Of a stretch of 64,000 nt of DNA, positions 25,222 through 33,676 are shown in pieces. The translations under genes were made by a program, and so were the position numbers. The notes below the pieces were generated by a model. That model saw only the letters and a program-made list of their open reading frames with translations, made no database searches and was not told the DNA's origin. The stretch spans positions 3,414 to 67,413 of the forward strand of contig DATKPP010000069.1 in NCBI GenBank assembly GCA_035524075.1, in the 5' to 3' direction. Each line of letters opens with the position of its first letter. Positions within the stretch are counted from its first letter, which is position 1. The stretch is from Steroidobacteraceae bacterium (GTDB lineage: Bacteria > Pseudomonadota > Gammaproteobacteria > Steroidobacterales > Steroidobacteraceae).

Positions 25222-28200
25222 CTAGAAGGAGGCCTTCAACCCGAGGAAGAACGTCCGTCCATAGATGTCGTAGCCCATCGCTGGGTTGGTCTGTCCCACC
25301 CCATCGTTCGGGATCGCGTATGCACCCGGGTTCAGACAGCCGAGCTTGGTCTCGGCAGCCGTGCAGTACGTGTCGAGGGGCTTGCTGGTCGGATAGCCCG
25401 CCGTCGCAGCGGTGCTGGGTGGATTCTTGCCGAAGATGTTATCGATACCGCCGCGGATCTGGAGGATCTTGTTGATCGTCCAGGTGCCGCTCAGGTCGAA
25501 CTCGTTCCAGGCCGGAGCTGCGATCGTGTTGTCGGGGAACCAGTTGAGGAGAGTTCCCTTGCCCGTGGCGAGCACAGTCTCGTTGTTCTGGATCACGCCC
25601 TCCTGCGTCGCCTTGGTGATCGTGTTCACCGAGGGCAGGAATCGCCAGCCCAGATTGACGCTCCACGAGGGCAGCACCCAACCGATGTTACCCGTCAGAC
25701 GATAGCCGAATGCGCCTGGGTTGGTACCCGCAAGGTTGGGGCCCTGAGAATCCTTCCAGTTGGTATCCACGTCGAAGCTGAACGGGGACGCCTTCGTCTT
25801 GTAATAGTCGAGGAAGGTATCCAACGTCGAGATGGAGAGCGCACCGGGAATCTTCAGCCCGAGGTCCTGGAACTGAGCGACCCAGGTGACACCCACGTCT
25901 ACGCCTGCGATGCCGATCGTCGCCAGGTTGTTGTATTGCTCCAGGAGGGTCGTCGTGCCACCCGTTGTGAGGTTGCGAGCGGCCTCCTGGCAAGCCGGGG
26001 TTGCAGCCTGTGCTGCGGCCTGAGCGGCGGTCGTGACGGTGGTCACCCCGTAGCAGAGGTAATTGGCCTCATCGGGCGAGTTGAGCTCGATGGCGTGATT
26101 GATATCGATCTGCCACCAGTCCACCGAACCGCTCAGTCCGGAGATCCAGGGGCTATCACCCAGGTTGTTGAAGGTGAAGCCGCCAGTCCAGGTGTTCGCC
26201 GTCTCGGGCGACAGGTGCGAGTTACCCTCCTGGTTGAGCCAGTCGAACACCTCCGCCTCTGCATCCGTTGCCTGGTTGCCCGTGGTTCCGTAGTAGTAGC
26301 CTGCGGCACCCATGCCGACGCCACCGTTCGCCGTTGAGGGTGCGGTGCCGCCCATCTGCGCCTGGCAGATGAGGTAGGTGCTCTGCGCCCCGGCAGCGGT
26401 CTGGCCTGAGGCAAGGTGGGTCGGCGAGCCAGTGGCGGAGCCGCTTCCGCTGTAATCGGGTGCCGCACCGCCGGCGCCGAAGGGCGCAGGCGAGCGAACC
26501 GAGCACGGATCGCCAAAGACGGGTCCCGGAATGCTGAAGTACTCCTGCGCACCGAGGTACAGCTCGGCGAGGTTCGGGGCGCGCACCGCGTGGTTGTAGC
26601 CACCACGGATATGGAACGACTTGGTCACCTGCCATTCGGGACTGATCTTGTAAGTCTTGGCGTCGGGGATACCGTTCGAGAATACGGAGTAGCGACCGCC
26701 GATGTCCACGCTCAGCTTCTCGAAGAACTTCACATCAGAGAGGAGAGGTATGAAGACCTCCGCATACCCGTCAGTGTCGTAGATCTCCTGGTTCGTGACA
26801 CCCAGGGGATACAGGCCAATGCTCTGGTCGAGGAAAGAGTTTGTTGACTGCAGGTTGTCCGGTTGGAACTGGCCGGCATCGCGGCGCTCCTCCCAACCTA
26901 CCGCGGCGCTGACATCCCCCGCCGGCAGCTTGAACACCGTACCGTTGAAGTCCGCCTCCACATCGTCCTGCTGTATGGCTGTTTCGGTCTGCAGCACCGA
27001 TCCAAAGGCATTTGAGCAGTCCGCGCTGGGCGCGACCCCGTAGTTGAAGATCGTGCCGTACATGCCGCTCGAGCAGGTGCTGGGGACCGTCGTGCCGAAC
27101 CCCGTCGAGGCGCCCTGCTGGTTGCCGACGAACAAGTCGCCGTTGCCGCCGTAATCAGGCGCGTCGATGACGGACCGGAAGCGCTCGAGGGACAGATTGC
27201 CCAGACCCTGCTCGTAGTCGAGCGTCTCGCCGCGGGAGTAGTAGACATCCCCCGTCCAGTCAGCGAACAGCGGGAACTTGAATCCCGTGGTGATCTGGAA
27301 CATCTCATCCTGATCCACCGTCGTGCGTTGCGGCCCGGTGGTTTGGGGCAGGTAGTCGAGTATCCAGCTGCTGGCGTTCTTGCCTGAGTTCGCCACACCC
27401 GGGGTGCCGGCGACATAGTTGGAACCGCCGACGCAATCTGCGTTGATGGCAGCGGAGACGCCGTTGCTGCAAGTGACACCGTTGCCATAGAAGGTGCTGG
27501 TATAGGCCCCCGGTCCAAAGACGAGGCCAGCCAAGAAGTTGTAGGCACCCGGATAGCCGAAGGCCGGGCCCGCTTGAACGAGGGATCGACTCAGCAGCAT
27601 CGCCGCCAGCGACCAGGGAACCGGGTGCTGGGCGCCCGGCTTGTTCGGAGCGATGAAACCTGGATTCCAGTATGGGTTACAGGACACGCTCGTGCAGTTC
27701 GGGTTGTTCTTGAAAGCATTGGCGATCGCTGTGGCCGTTGCCGCGGTGCTGGACGGGTTCAGATCCGCGGGATTGATCGGGCTATCGGTCGTCGGGTTGA
27801 ACGGTACGCTCGCCTCCCAGCCAAAGATGGCGGTGGTGGGCGTGTCAAGAAGCGTCGTGGTCAAGCTGTCCGCATAGCGTGACGTCATGTAGAACTGGAC
27901 GTTCTCAGTGATGTCGTAGCTGCCGTTCGCGAAGAACGAGTAGCGAGTTTGCGGAATGCTGATCTGCGCGTACGGATTGTTCCATCTTTCGGTCTGAATC
28001 GTGCCGGGTGGCGGGCAAGCGGGGGTGTTGCATTCCGTCGTGTCGTAGGCATTCACCACGCCGTATCCACCGTTCGCCATGGGGTTTGAGGTGCTGCCCG
28101 TCCAACCGCTCACGCCGATCGGAAGTATGGTGGATCCGAAGGTGCCGTTGGGCTGGAAGAAGAAATCACCGAGGACACAACCGGAGAAACCGCACACCCC

Positions 28201-29211
28201 ATTCGGATGCGAGGCGCTACCGGCCACATAACCCGCACTGGTTGCCGCGGGGAACAGAGAACTGAGCACGGCCTGGCTCGGTTCGTCGAGTCCGGGGGAG
28301 TAGGCGTTGTACCCCTGCGTGAACAGCGCCAGCGTCGATGGCATCGTCGCGTTGGGGTCGTACCAGTTATTGGTGTAGAAGGAGTGGTCCTTCGCATACG
28401 CGGCCCCGCGGTTGTAGTACTCGAGGCCCATGAGGATGCTGCCCTTGCCGTCGGCGATCTTGGTGCCGATCAAGCCGTCGACCCGAGTCTCGTTGCCGTC
28501 GCCGGCCTGGTCCACGCCGTCCTGAACGTCGATCTGCGCGCCCTCGAAGTTCTTCTTGAGCACGATATTGGTGACACCACCCATGGCGTCCGCGCCGTAC
28601 ACGGCCGATGCGCCGCCGGTGATGGTCTCGATGTGGTCGATTGCGGCTTCAGGGATCGTGTTGAGGTCCACGTCCATCAGAAGATTGACCGGATCCGCCC
28701 GATGGCCATCGACCAGCACCAAGCTGCGGTTGGCGCCCAGGCCACGCAGCGAGACGGTCGATATGCCGGGGGTGTTGGTCGGCGACGGCTGAACATCGTT
28801 GGGCTCGGTCACCGGCGACTGCGCAACGTTGTATTGCGGCAGCTGGTTCAGATATGTCACCACGTCCGTGCTCGAGTGGCTTTCGAGCTGCGCTGCATCG
28901 ATGGTGACGAGGGGGCTGGTGGACTCCAGGTCCCGGCGCCGGATGCGCGAGCCGGTCACCGTGATCTCCTCGAGGGGGGGCTGAGCTGCCGGGGCGGTAG
29001 CCGGGGCTGCCTGGGTCGGACCTGCCGCAGCCTGGTTGGCCGAGGCGCCCTCGGACTGCTGGGCGAAGGCTTGCCCGGACCACGCAAGCGAGACCGTCAC
29101 GGCACAAAGCGCTGCGAGCGCGGACGCTCGAGACAGGTGTGAATCGATCGTCGTAAAAACGCTACGCACCGCACGTGCCATTGCGGCGACCGACTGGCAA
29201 GCAGAGACCAT
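25222..29211 (-). CDS. TonB-dependent receptor (very large, about 1329 aa)
   Basis: AGAGGGGGG RBS before ATG 29211. Signal ...SLAWSGQAFAQQ. Plug LEEITVTGSRIRRRDLESTSPLVTIDAAQL. Motif IETITGGASAVYGADAMGGVTNIV. C-terminus FFLGLKASF. The track ORF extends to 29286. Confidence 0.9.
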   Translation of the reverse strand: MVSACQSVAAMARAVRSVFTTIDSHLSRASALAALCAVTVSLAWSGQAFAQQSEGASANQAAAGPTQAAPATAPAAQPPLEEITVTGSRIRRRDLESTSPLVTIDAAQLESHSSTDVVTYLNQLPQYNVAQSPVTEPNDVQPSPTNTPGISTVSLRGLGANRSLVLVDGHRADPVNLLMDVDLNTIPEAAIDHIETITGGASAVYGADAMGGVTNIVLKKNFEGAQIDVQDGVDQAGDGNETRVDGLIGTKIADGKGSILMGLEYYNRGAAYAKDHSFYTNNWYDPNATMPSTLALFTQGYNAYSPGLDEPSQAVLSSLFPAATSAGYVAGSASHPNGVCGFSGCVLGDFFFQPNGTFGSTILPIGVSGWTGSTSNPMANGGYGVVNAYDTTECNTPACPPPGTIQTERWNNPYAQISIPQTRYSFFANGSYDITENVQFYMTSRYADSLTTTLLDTPTTAIFGWEASVPFNPTTDSPINPADLNPSSTAATATAIANAFKNNPNCTSVSCNPYWNPGFIAPNKPGAQHPVPWSLAAMLLSRSLVQAGPAFGYPGAYNFLAGLVFGPGAYTSTFYGNGVTCSNGVSAAINADCVGGSNYVAGTPGVANSGKNASSWILDYLPQTTGPQRTTVDQDEMFQITTGFKFPLFADWTGDVYYSRGETLDYEQGLGNLSLERFRSVIDAPDYGGNGDLFVGNQQGASTGFGTTVPSTCSSGMYGTIFNYGVAPSADCSNAFGSVLQTETAIQQDDVEADFNGTVFKLPAGDVSAAVGWEERRDAGQFQPDNLQSTNSFLDQSIGLYPLGVTNQEIYDTDGYAEVFIPLLSDVKFFEKLSVDIGGRYSVFSNGIPDAKTYKISPEWQVTKSFHIRGGYNHAVRAPNLAELYLGAQEYFSIPGPVFGDPCSVRSPAPFGAGGAAPDYSGSGSATGSPTHLASGQTAAGAQSTYLICQAQMGGTAPSTANGGVGMGAAGYYYGTTGNQATDAEAEVFDWLNQEGNSHLSPETANTWTGGFTFNNLGDSPWISGLSGSVDWWQIDINHAIELNSPDEANYLCYGVTTVTTAAQAAAQAATPACQEAARNLTTGGTTTLLEQYNNLATIGIAGVDVGVTWVAQFQDLGLKIPGALSISTLDTFLDYYKTKASPFSFDVDTNWKDSQGPNLAGTNPGAFGYRLTGNIGWVLPSWSVNLGWRFLPSVNTITKATQEGVIQNNETVLATGKGTLLNWFPDNTIAAPAWNEFDLSGTWTINKILQIRGGIDNIFGKNPPSTAATAGYPTSKPLDTYCTAAETKLGCLNPGAYAIPNDGVGQTNPAMGYDIYGRTFFLGLKASF

Positions 29212-29457
29212 TGATGAACCCCCCTCTTTGTGGGCATTGAGGTCGCACGAGCTCCCACCCGGGCGGCCGACCAAGCCTGGCTTCACGAATAGCTATCGGT
29301 TACGCGCTGTCCTTGGCTCCCTGCCTGGGGCGCGTGCACGAAATGGCGAGAAAAGCTGGAGAGGGATGCCGAGATGGGCATGCGCCGGGACCCCGGCCCA
29401 AGCATTGCACACGCAACGCACCCACCTGCGTCTTTCGACGACCACCATGTCCCCCTT

Positions 29458-29502
29458 ACCTTGTTGTTCCGGGGGCACAAGGTCCCCGGCAAGGTATTTT
29501 TT
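29458..29502 (+). terminator. Orphan terminator-like hairpin plus T-run in the 473-bp intergenic region
   Basis: accttg/caaggt outer stem and ccgggg/ccccgg inner stem, followed by atttttt on the plus strand. No plus-strand gene upstream. Confidence 0.3.
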
Positions 29503-29684
29503 AGTGTTCTTACTGTAATGCGGTCCCAATACGCCGCGCAAGTGGTGCCGGCGCGAAAAAGTCCCGTGACCTGGCCGCAGGCCCCGGCCGATTCGGCCCG
29601 CGGAAAGTGCCGATCATCGCGTCCAGCATGCGACCCGTGACATCGGGGGTGCGAATTTCGGCCGCCCCGTTCACGATCCGGGGC

Positions 29685-30671
29685 GTGCGTGACGCGGCGG
29701 AAAAGACCACGGATCTGCTGGATTACGAGATCTTCGCGCGCGTGATCAAGGCCGGAAGCCTCTCGGCCGCGGCCCGCGAGATGCACTCCTCACCCGCCAT
29801 GATCTCCAAGCGCGTGACGCGCCTCGAGGATCGGCTGGGCGTTCGGCTCCTCCAGCGCACGACCCGCCGCGTGACCCCAACCGATATTGGTCAAAGCTTC
29901 TACGAGCGGGTGCTCAACGTGCTGGCGGCGGTCGAGGATGCCGAGAACTTCGCAACCGTCGACTCCGAGCGCCCGCGGGGACTGCTGCGGGTGTCGCTCC
30001 CCACCGCCTTCGGCCGGCTCCATGTCGCACCACGTTTGAAGAGCTTCCTGGAGCTTTATCCGGAGCTGCGTCTGCTCGTGGACCTCAACGACGACTATGT
30101 GGACTTGGTGGCCGGGAGCTTCGATGTCGCCGTGCGCATCGGCACCCTTCCCGACTCGAGTCTCGTCGCCCGACGGCTGGCGGCGAACCGGCGCGTGCTG
30201 TGTGCCGCTCCCGAATATCTCGAGGAGCACGGCGAGCCGCGGGACCTGGCGGATCTGCAGCACCATCGGCTGCTGTCCGCGGCCCCGCAGCTGACCTGGA
30301 GACTGGATGGACCCGCCGGCCTTGTGAGCTTCAAGCCGCAGAGCATTCTGCAGACCAACTCGAGCGAGGTCGTGCGCGAGGCTGTCGTCAGCGGACTTGG
30401 CATCGGGTTTCGCTCGACCTGGGATGTGAGCAACGAGCTCAAGCGCGGCGTTCTCAAGCGGGTCCTGCCCGCCTACTGCGGTGCCTCCGATGTCGCCATC
30501 TATGCGGTGTATTCCGGCCGGCGACTCGTTCCCGTCAAGGTCCGAGCCTTCGTGGACTACCTGGTGGGCATCTTCGGACCCGAGGCGCCCTACTGGGACC
30601 GTGACATCGCCTCCCCGCCGCATCGGCCGGAGCCGCACTCGACCGGGAACGGCGCGGTGCGCGCGGCATAA
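29685..30671 (+). CDS. LysR-family transcriptional regulator
   Basis: HTH region LLDYEIFARVIKAGSLSAAAREMHSSPAMISKRVTRLEDRLGVRLLQRTTRRVTPT plus a LysR substrate-binding domain. Start uncertain: GTG 29685, ATG 29628 or GTG 29607. Confidence 0.9.
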   Translation: MRDAAEKTTDLLDYEIFARVIKAGSLSAAAREMHSSPAMISKRVTRLEDRLGVRLLQRTTRRVTPTDIGQSFYERVLNVLAAVEDAENFATVDSERPRGLLRVSLPTAFGRLHVAPRLKSFLELYPELRLLVDLNDDYVDLVAGSFDVAVRIGTLPDSSLVARRLAANRRVLCAAPEYLEEHGEPRDLADLQHHRLLSAAPQLTWRLDGPAGLVSFKPQSILQTNSSEVVREAVVSGLGIGFRSTWDVSNELKRGVLKRVLPAYCGASDVAIYAVYSGRRLVPVKVRAFVDYLVGIFGPEAPYWDRDIASPPHRPEPHSTGNGAVRAA

Positions 30672-30778
30672 ACCGCCCCTTGGCCGTCGCTCGCTTTGCT
30701 TCGGAGCGCGCTCCGGCGCGTGACCGAAGTCCCTCTGCTACACTTGCACCGCGTTCCAACCTGAAGGGGAGTTAGAAG

Positions 30779-31252
30779 ATGAATCGGGTTTCGAAGCTGG
30801 GTTGCGCGGCCCTGTCCGTTGCGGCGATCTCGATCGCCTTCGCGCAAAATGGACCGCCGAACCCGCAGCAGCGGGCTGAAATGGCCCTCAAGGTCCGCCA
30901 GGGTTTATTCGATGTGCAGTCCTTCGCCTTCGCACCGGTCGGCGCGATGCTGAAGGGAGCTCCCTTCAATGCGGACGCTGCGGTCACCGCGGCGAAGCGC
31001 ATTCAGGTCACGGCGTCGATGATTCCCGACGTCTTCAAGGACGACACGAGCAAATTCACCCTGAAGACGCGCGCGCGCGCGGGCATCTGGACCAACATGG
31101 CCGACTTCACCCAGAAGGCCCACGATCTGCAGCAAGCAGCCGCTGGCCTGGAGATGGCCGCGATGACGGGCGACAAGGCCGAGACGATGAAGGCCGCAGT
31201 TGCCGTCGGCAAGTCCTGTGGCGCCTGCCACGACGAGTACCGCGAGAAGTAA
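30779..31252 (+). CDS. Cytochrome c-prime (class II c-type cytochrome)
   Basis: Signal peptide, four-helix-bundle-length protein (157 aa), single C-terminal haem motif KSCGACHDEYREK. GGGGAG RBS. Confidence 0.8.
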   Translation: MNRVSKLGCAALSVAAISIAFAQNGPPNPQQRAEMALKVRQGLFDVQSFAFAPVGAMLKGAPFNADAAVTAAKRIQVTASMIPDVFKDDTSKFTLKTRARAGIWTNMADFTQKAHDLQQAAAGLEMAAMTGDKAETMKAAVAVGKSCGACHDEYREK

Positions 31253-31260
31253 GCGACGTT

Positions 31261-31296
31261 GCCGGCGCGCTCACCTTGGCGGGTGAGCGCGCCGGC
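31261..31296. terminator. 15-bp perfect GC-rich hairpin between convergent cytochrome c-prime and cytochrome b561 genes
   Basis: gccggcgcgctcacc-ttggcg-ggtgagcgcgccggc. No T-run on either side. Confidence 0.5.
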
Positions 31297-31307
31297 ACAG
31301 ATCCTGC

Positions 31308-32078
31308 CTAATCGAAGTTGAGGGTGTCCGCCGAAACATGCGGCGCACCACTCAAGACTGCGTACACCGCCGCCGCGCTCAGGATCATCACGATCAGTGC
31401 CTTCCAGAGCTCCGAGCTCGTGATGGCCTCCCCCGCCGGAACCCCCTCCGCGGGCTTCCAGCCCGTCAGCATCGCGGGTACCAGATTCTGCTTCTTCACG
31501 AACGCGTAGTAGCTGATGGCTCCGACGTGCAGCGCGATCGCCGCCCAGATCAGATTGAAGTTCCTGTGGTGTAGGCTGGTCAGGAGCCTTGCGGTCTCGG
31601 AGCTCACGCTGGGGTTGTAGGGACCGGTCCAGACGATGTCGTCGGTGGCAAACAGCCCCGTTCCCACCTGGAACGCCACCAGCAACAGCATGACGAGCAC
31701 CATGATGCCGCCGAGCGGGTTGTGGCCCGCGCTATGGAGTGGACTCTCGCGGCCCAGGAACCCTCTTGCGTACCGCCAGGTGGCGCGCGGACCGCGTAGA
31801 AAGCTCGCAAAACGAGCGTGGCGCGGGCCTACGAGGCCCCAGATGATGCGGAACGTGAGGAGTCCCAGCATCCAGTAGCCCAGCCGAATGTGCCATTGCA
31901 TCCAGGACGACCCCGGCTCGGCAGTGAGCCAGGAGGCCAGAATGCTCGCTGCAAACAGCCAGTGAAACGCGCGCAACGGCAGGTCCCAAACCAGCCGCCG
32001 TTCCGCTGCGGAAGTCCCGGCAGCCGCGGAGGGCCCTTCGGCCGTTTGCACGGGAGCGATGTTCGCTTCGGTACTCAT
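31308..32078 (-). CDS. Cytochrome b561 / Ni-Fe-hydrogenase-type b cytochrome family membrane protein
   Basis: ATG 32078, 5 nt after the ankyrin gene stop. LRAFHWLFAASILASWL, WHIRLGYWMLGLL, HNPLGGIMVLVMLLLV and LHHRNFNLIWAAIALHVG give four TM helices with conserved His. The track ORF 31308..32303 is over-extended. Confidence 0.8.
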   Translation of the reverse strand: MSTEANIAPVQTAEGPSAAAGTSAAERRLVWDLPLRAFHWLFAASILASWLTAEPGSSWMQWHIRLGYWMLGLLTFRIIWGLVGPRHARFASFLRGPRATWRYARGFLGRESPLHSAGHNPLGGIMVLVMLLLVAFQVGTGLFATDDIVWTGPYNPSVSSETARLLTSLHHRNFNLIWAAIALHVGAISYYAFVKKQNLVPAMLTGWKPAEGVPAGEAITSSELWKALIVMILSAAAVYAVLSGAPHVSADTLNFD

Positions 32079-32083
32079 GGATC

Positions 32084-33673
32084 CTAAAGTGTCCGATTGG
32101 GCCCCTGCGGGGCGGTCAGGTTGCTCGCCACCATGAGCTGGCGCAGCAGATTCGCAGTGTCCTGATGCACATCGGGCGTTCCTCGCCCGTGGACGATGGC
32201 GCGGCCCATGGCCGCATCGATGGGCGTCATGCCGCGCGCATCCTTTGCATTGAGATCGGCGTGGTGCGAGACCAGGCAGCGCACCACATCGTTCCAGCCC
32301 CACGAGGCGGCCCCGTGCAAAGCCGTATCCCCATGATAATCGGCGGCATTGATTTGAGCCCCCTTGCCGAGCAGCAGCTCGATCGTGGTCACCGCTTCGG
32401 GCTGTGTCTTGTACTTGCCGCGAGTATCCACGCTCGTCGCGCCGATGCCGGCTGCGGCCATGAGCGGTGTTGCGCCGAAGCGGTTCGGTAAAGAGGGGTC
32501 AGCGCCATGCTCGAGCAGCAGGCGAATGGCTGCCGCATCCCCCGCACGTGCCGCGCGCAGCAGCGCCGTGGCGCCCGTGGTCAACATGCCGTCACCGCCG
32601 CGGTCCGCGCCGAGTGACCGGTAAGGCGGAAAGAGCTTCAGTTGCGCGTTCGGATTGGCGCCGGCATCGAGCAGCAGCTCGATCATCTTCAGGCTCGTCG
32701 TCGCATCGAGCGAGATGTGATCCGGGCGGCCTCCGTAGGGAAGTGTGTTGAGATCCACGGCGGCATACAGCGGGGTGCGGCCCCAGAAGTCCCAGATGTT
32801 CGGGTTCGCGCCCTTCCTCAGGAGGTAGGCGGCCAGATCGAAGTGGAAGTTCTCGGTGGCGACCAAGAGCGGCGTCTCACCGTCCGGATCGGTCATGTTG
32901 GCGTCGGCGCCGCCCCCGAGCAGAGCCTGCGCACACTCGAGACAGCCCTGCCGCGCCGCATAGATCAGCGGGGTGAATCCTCCGGTGGGGCGTGCCTGCA
33001 CGCGCGGCTCGGCCGTCACCTGACGCTGGAAGGTATCGAAATAGGAGCGCACATTGGGATGGGCGCCGTGGCGCAGCAGCAGCTTCACCATGGCCGCCTG
33101 ACTGCGCGCGGCCGCCCAGTGCAAGGCGGTCTGCCCGCGCCACTTCTCGCGCGCATTGACGTTGGCCCCGTGGCGGATGAGAAGCTCCGCTGCGGCAAGA
33201 TTGCTCGTGCGTGCGATGATCATGAGCGCGGTCTGTCCGTCCGCGTTCGGCGATTCGACGTCGGCTCCGGCAGCGAGCAGCTTGCCGATCACGCCCGGAT
33301 CGCCGAACTGGGCGGCCTCGGACATCGCGGAGGCCCCGAACTGGTTGATCAGACGCACGCTCGCGTGAGCGCGCAGCAATCGATCGATGAGCGGCGTCTC
33401 ACCATAGTGGATCGCCCACAGGAGCGCCGTCGTGCCATCCGGCGCGCGCGCATTCACATCGGCGCCGTGGTCGAGCAGGGTGATTGCTTGCGAGACCTCC
33501 TGATCCCTCGCGAGCTGCACGAGCTGCGGCGTTGCGTTGTCCCGCACACGCGCGATCGGGCTCGCGGCCGGCACACTCGCAGCGTTCGCAAGGCCCACCC
33601 CGACGGCGCACGCGGCCACCCAAACTCCGGCCCCCTGCAAGCACTGCGCAAGTCGTGCAATCGCAAGCTTCAT
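32084..33673 (-). CDS. Exported ankyrin-repeat protein (cassette 1)
   Basis: Signal-peptide-like N-terminus. About 10 or more repeats of the G.TALH.AA..G....V..LL..GA..N type (e.g. DGQTALMIIARTSNLAAAELLIRHGANVN). Start ATG lies 3 nt after the upstream stop. Confidence 0.85.
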   Translation of the reverse strand: MKLAIARLAQCLQGAGVWVAACAVGVGLANAASVPAASPIARVRDNATPQLVQLARDQEVSQAITLLDHGADVNARAPDGTTALLWAIHYGETPLIDRLLRAHASVRLINQFGASAMSEAAQFGDPGVIGKLLAAGADVESPNADGQTALMIIARTSNLAAAELLIRHGANVNAREKWRGQTALHWAAARSQAAMVKLLLRHGAHPNVRSYFDTFQRQVTAEPRVQARPTGGFTPLIYAARQGCLECAQALLGGGADANMTDPDGETPLLVATENFHFDLAAYLLRKGANPNIWDFWGRTPLYAAVDLNTLPYGGRPDHISLDATTSLKMIELLLDAGANPNAQLKLFPPYRSLGADRGGDGMLTTGATALLRAARAGDAAAIRLLLEHGADPSLPNRFGATPLMAAAGIGATSVDTRGKYKTQPEAVTTIELLLGKGAQINAADYHGDTALHGAASWGWNDVVRCLVSHHADLNAKDARGMTPIDAAMGRAIVHGRGTPDVHQDTANLLRQLMVASNLTAPQGPNRTL

Positions 33674-33676
33674 GGA

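Noticed and set aside
29212-29684. Cobalamin (or other) riboswitch in the leader of the large TBDR gene
   Set aside because: Reading the minus strand, I could not find a B12-box-like element or other riboswitch core I recognise. Only a generic hairpin is present. This needs an Infernal/Rfam scan to settle.
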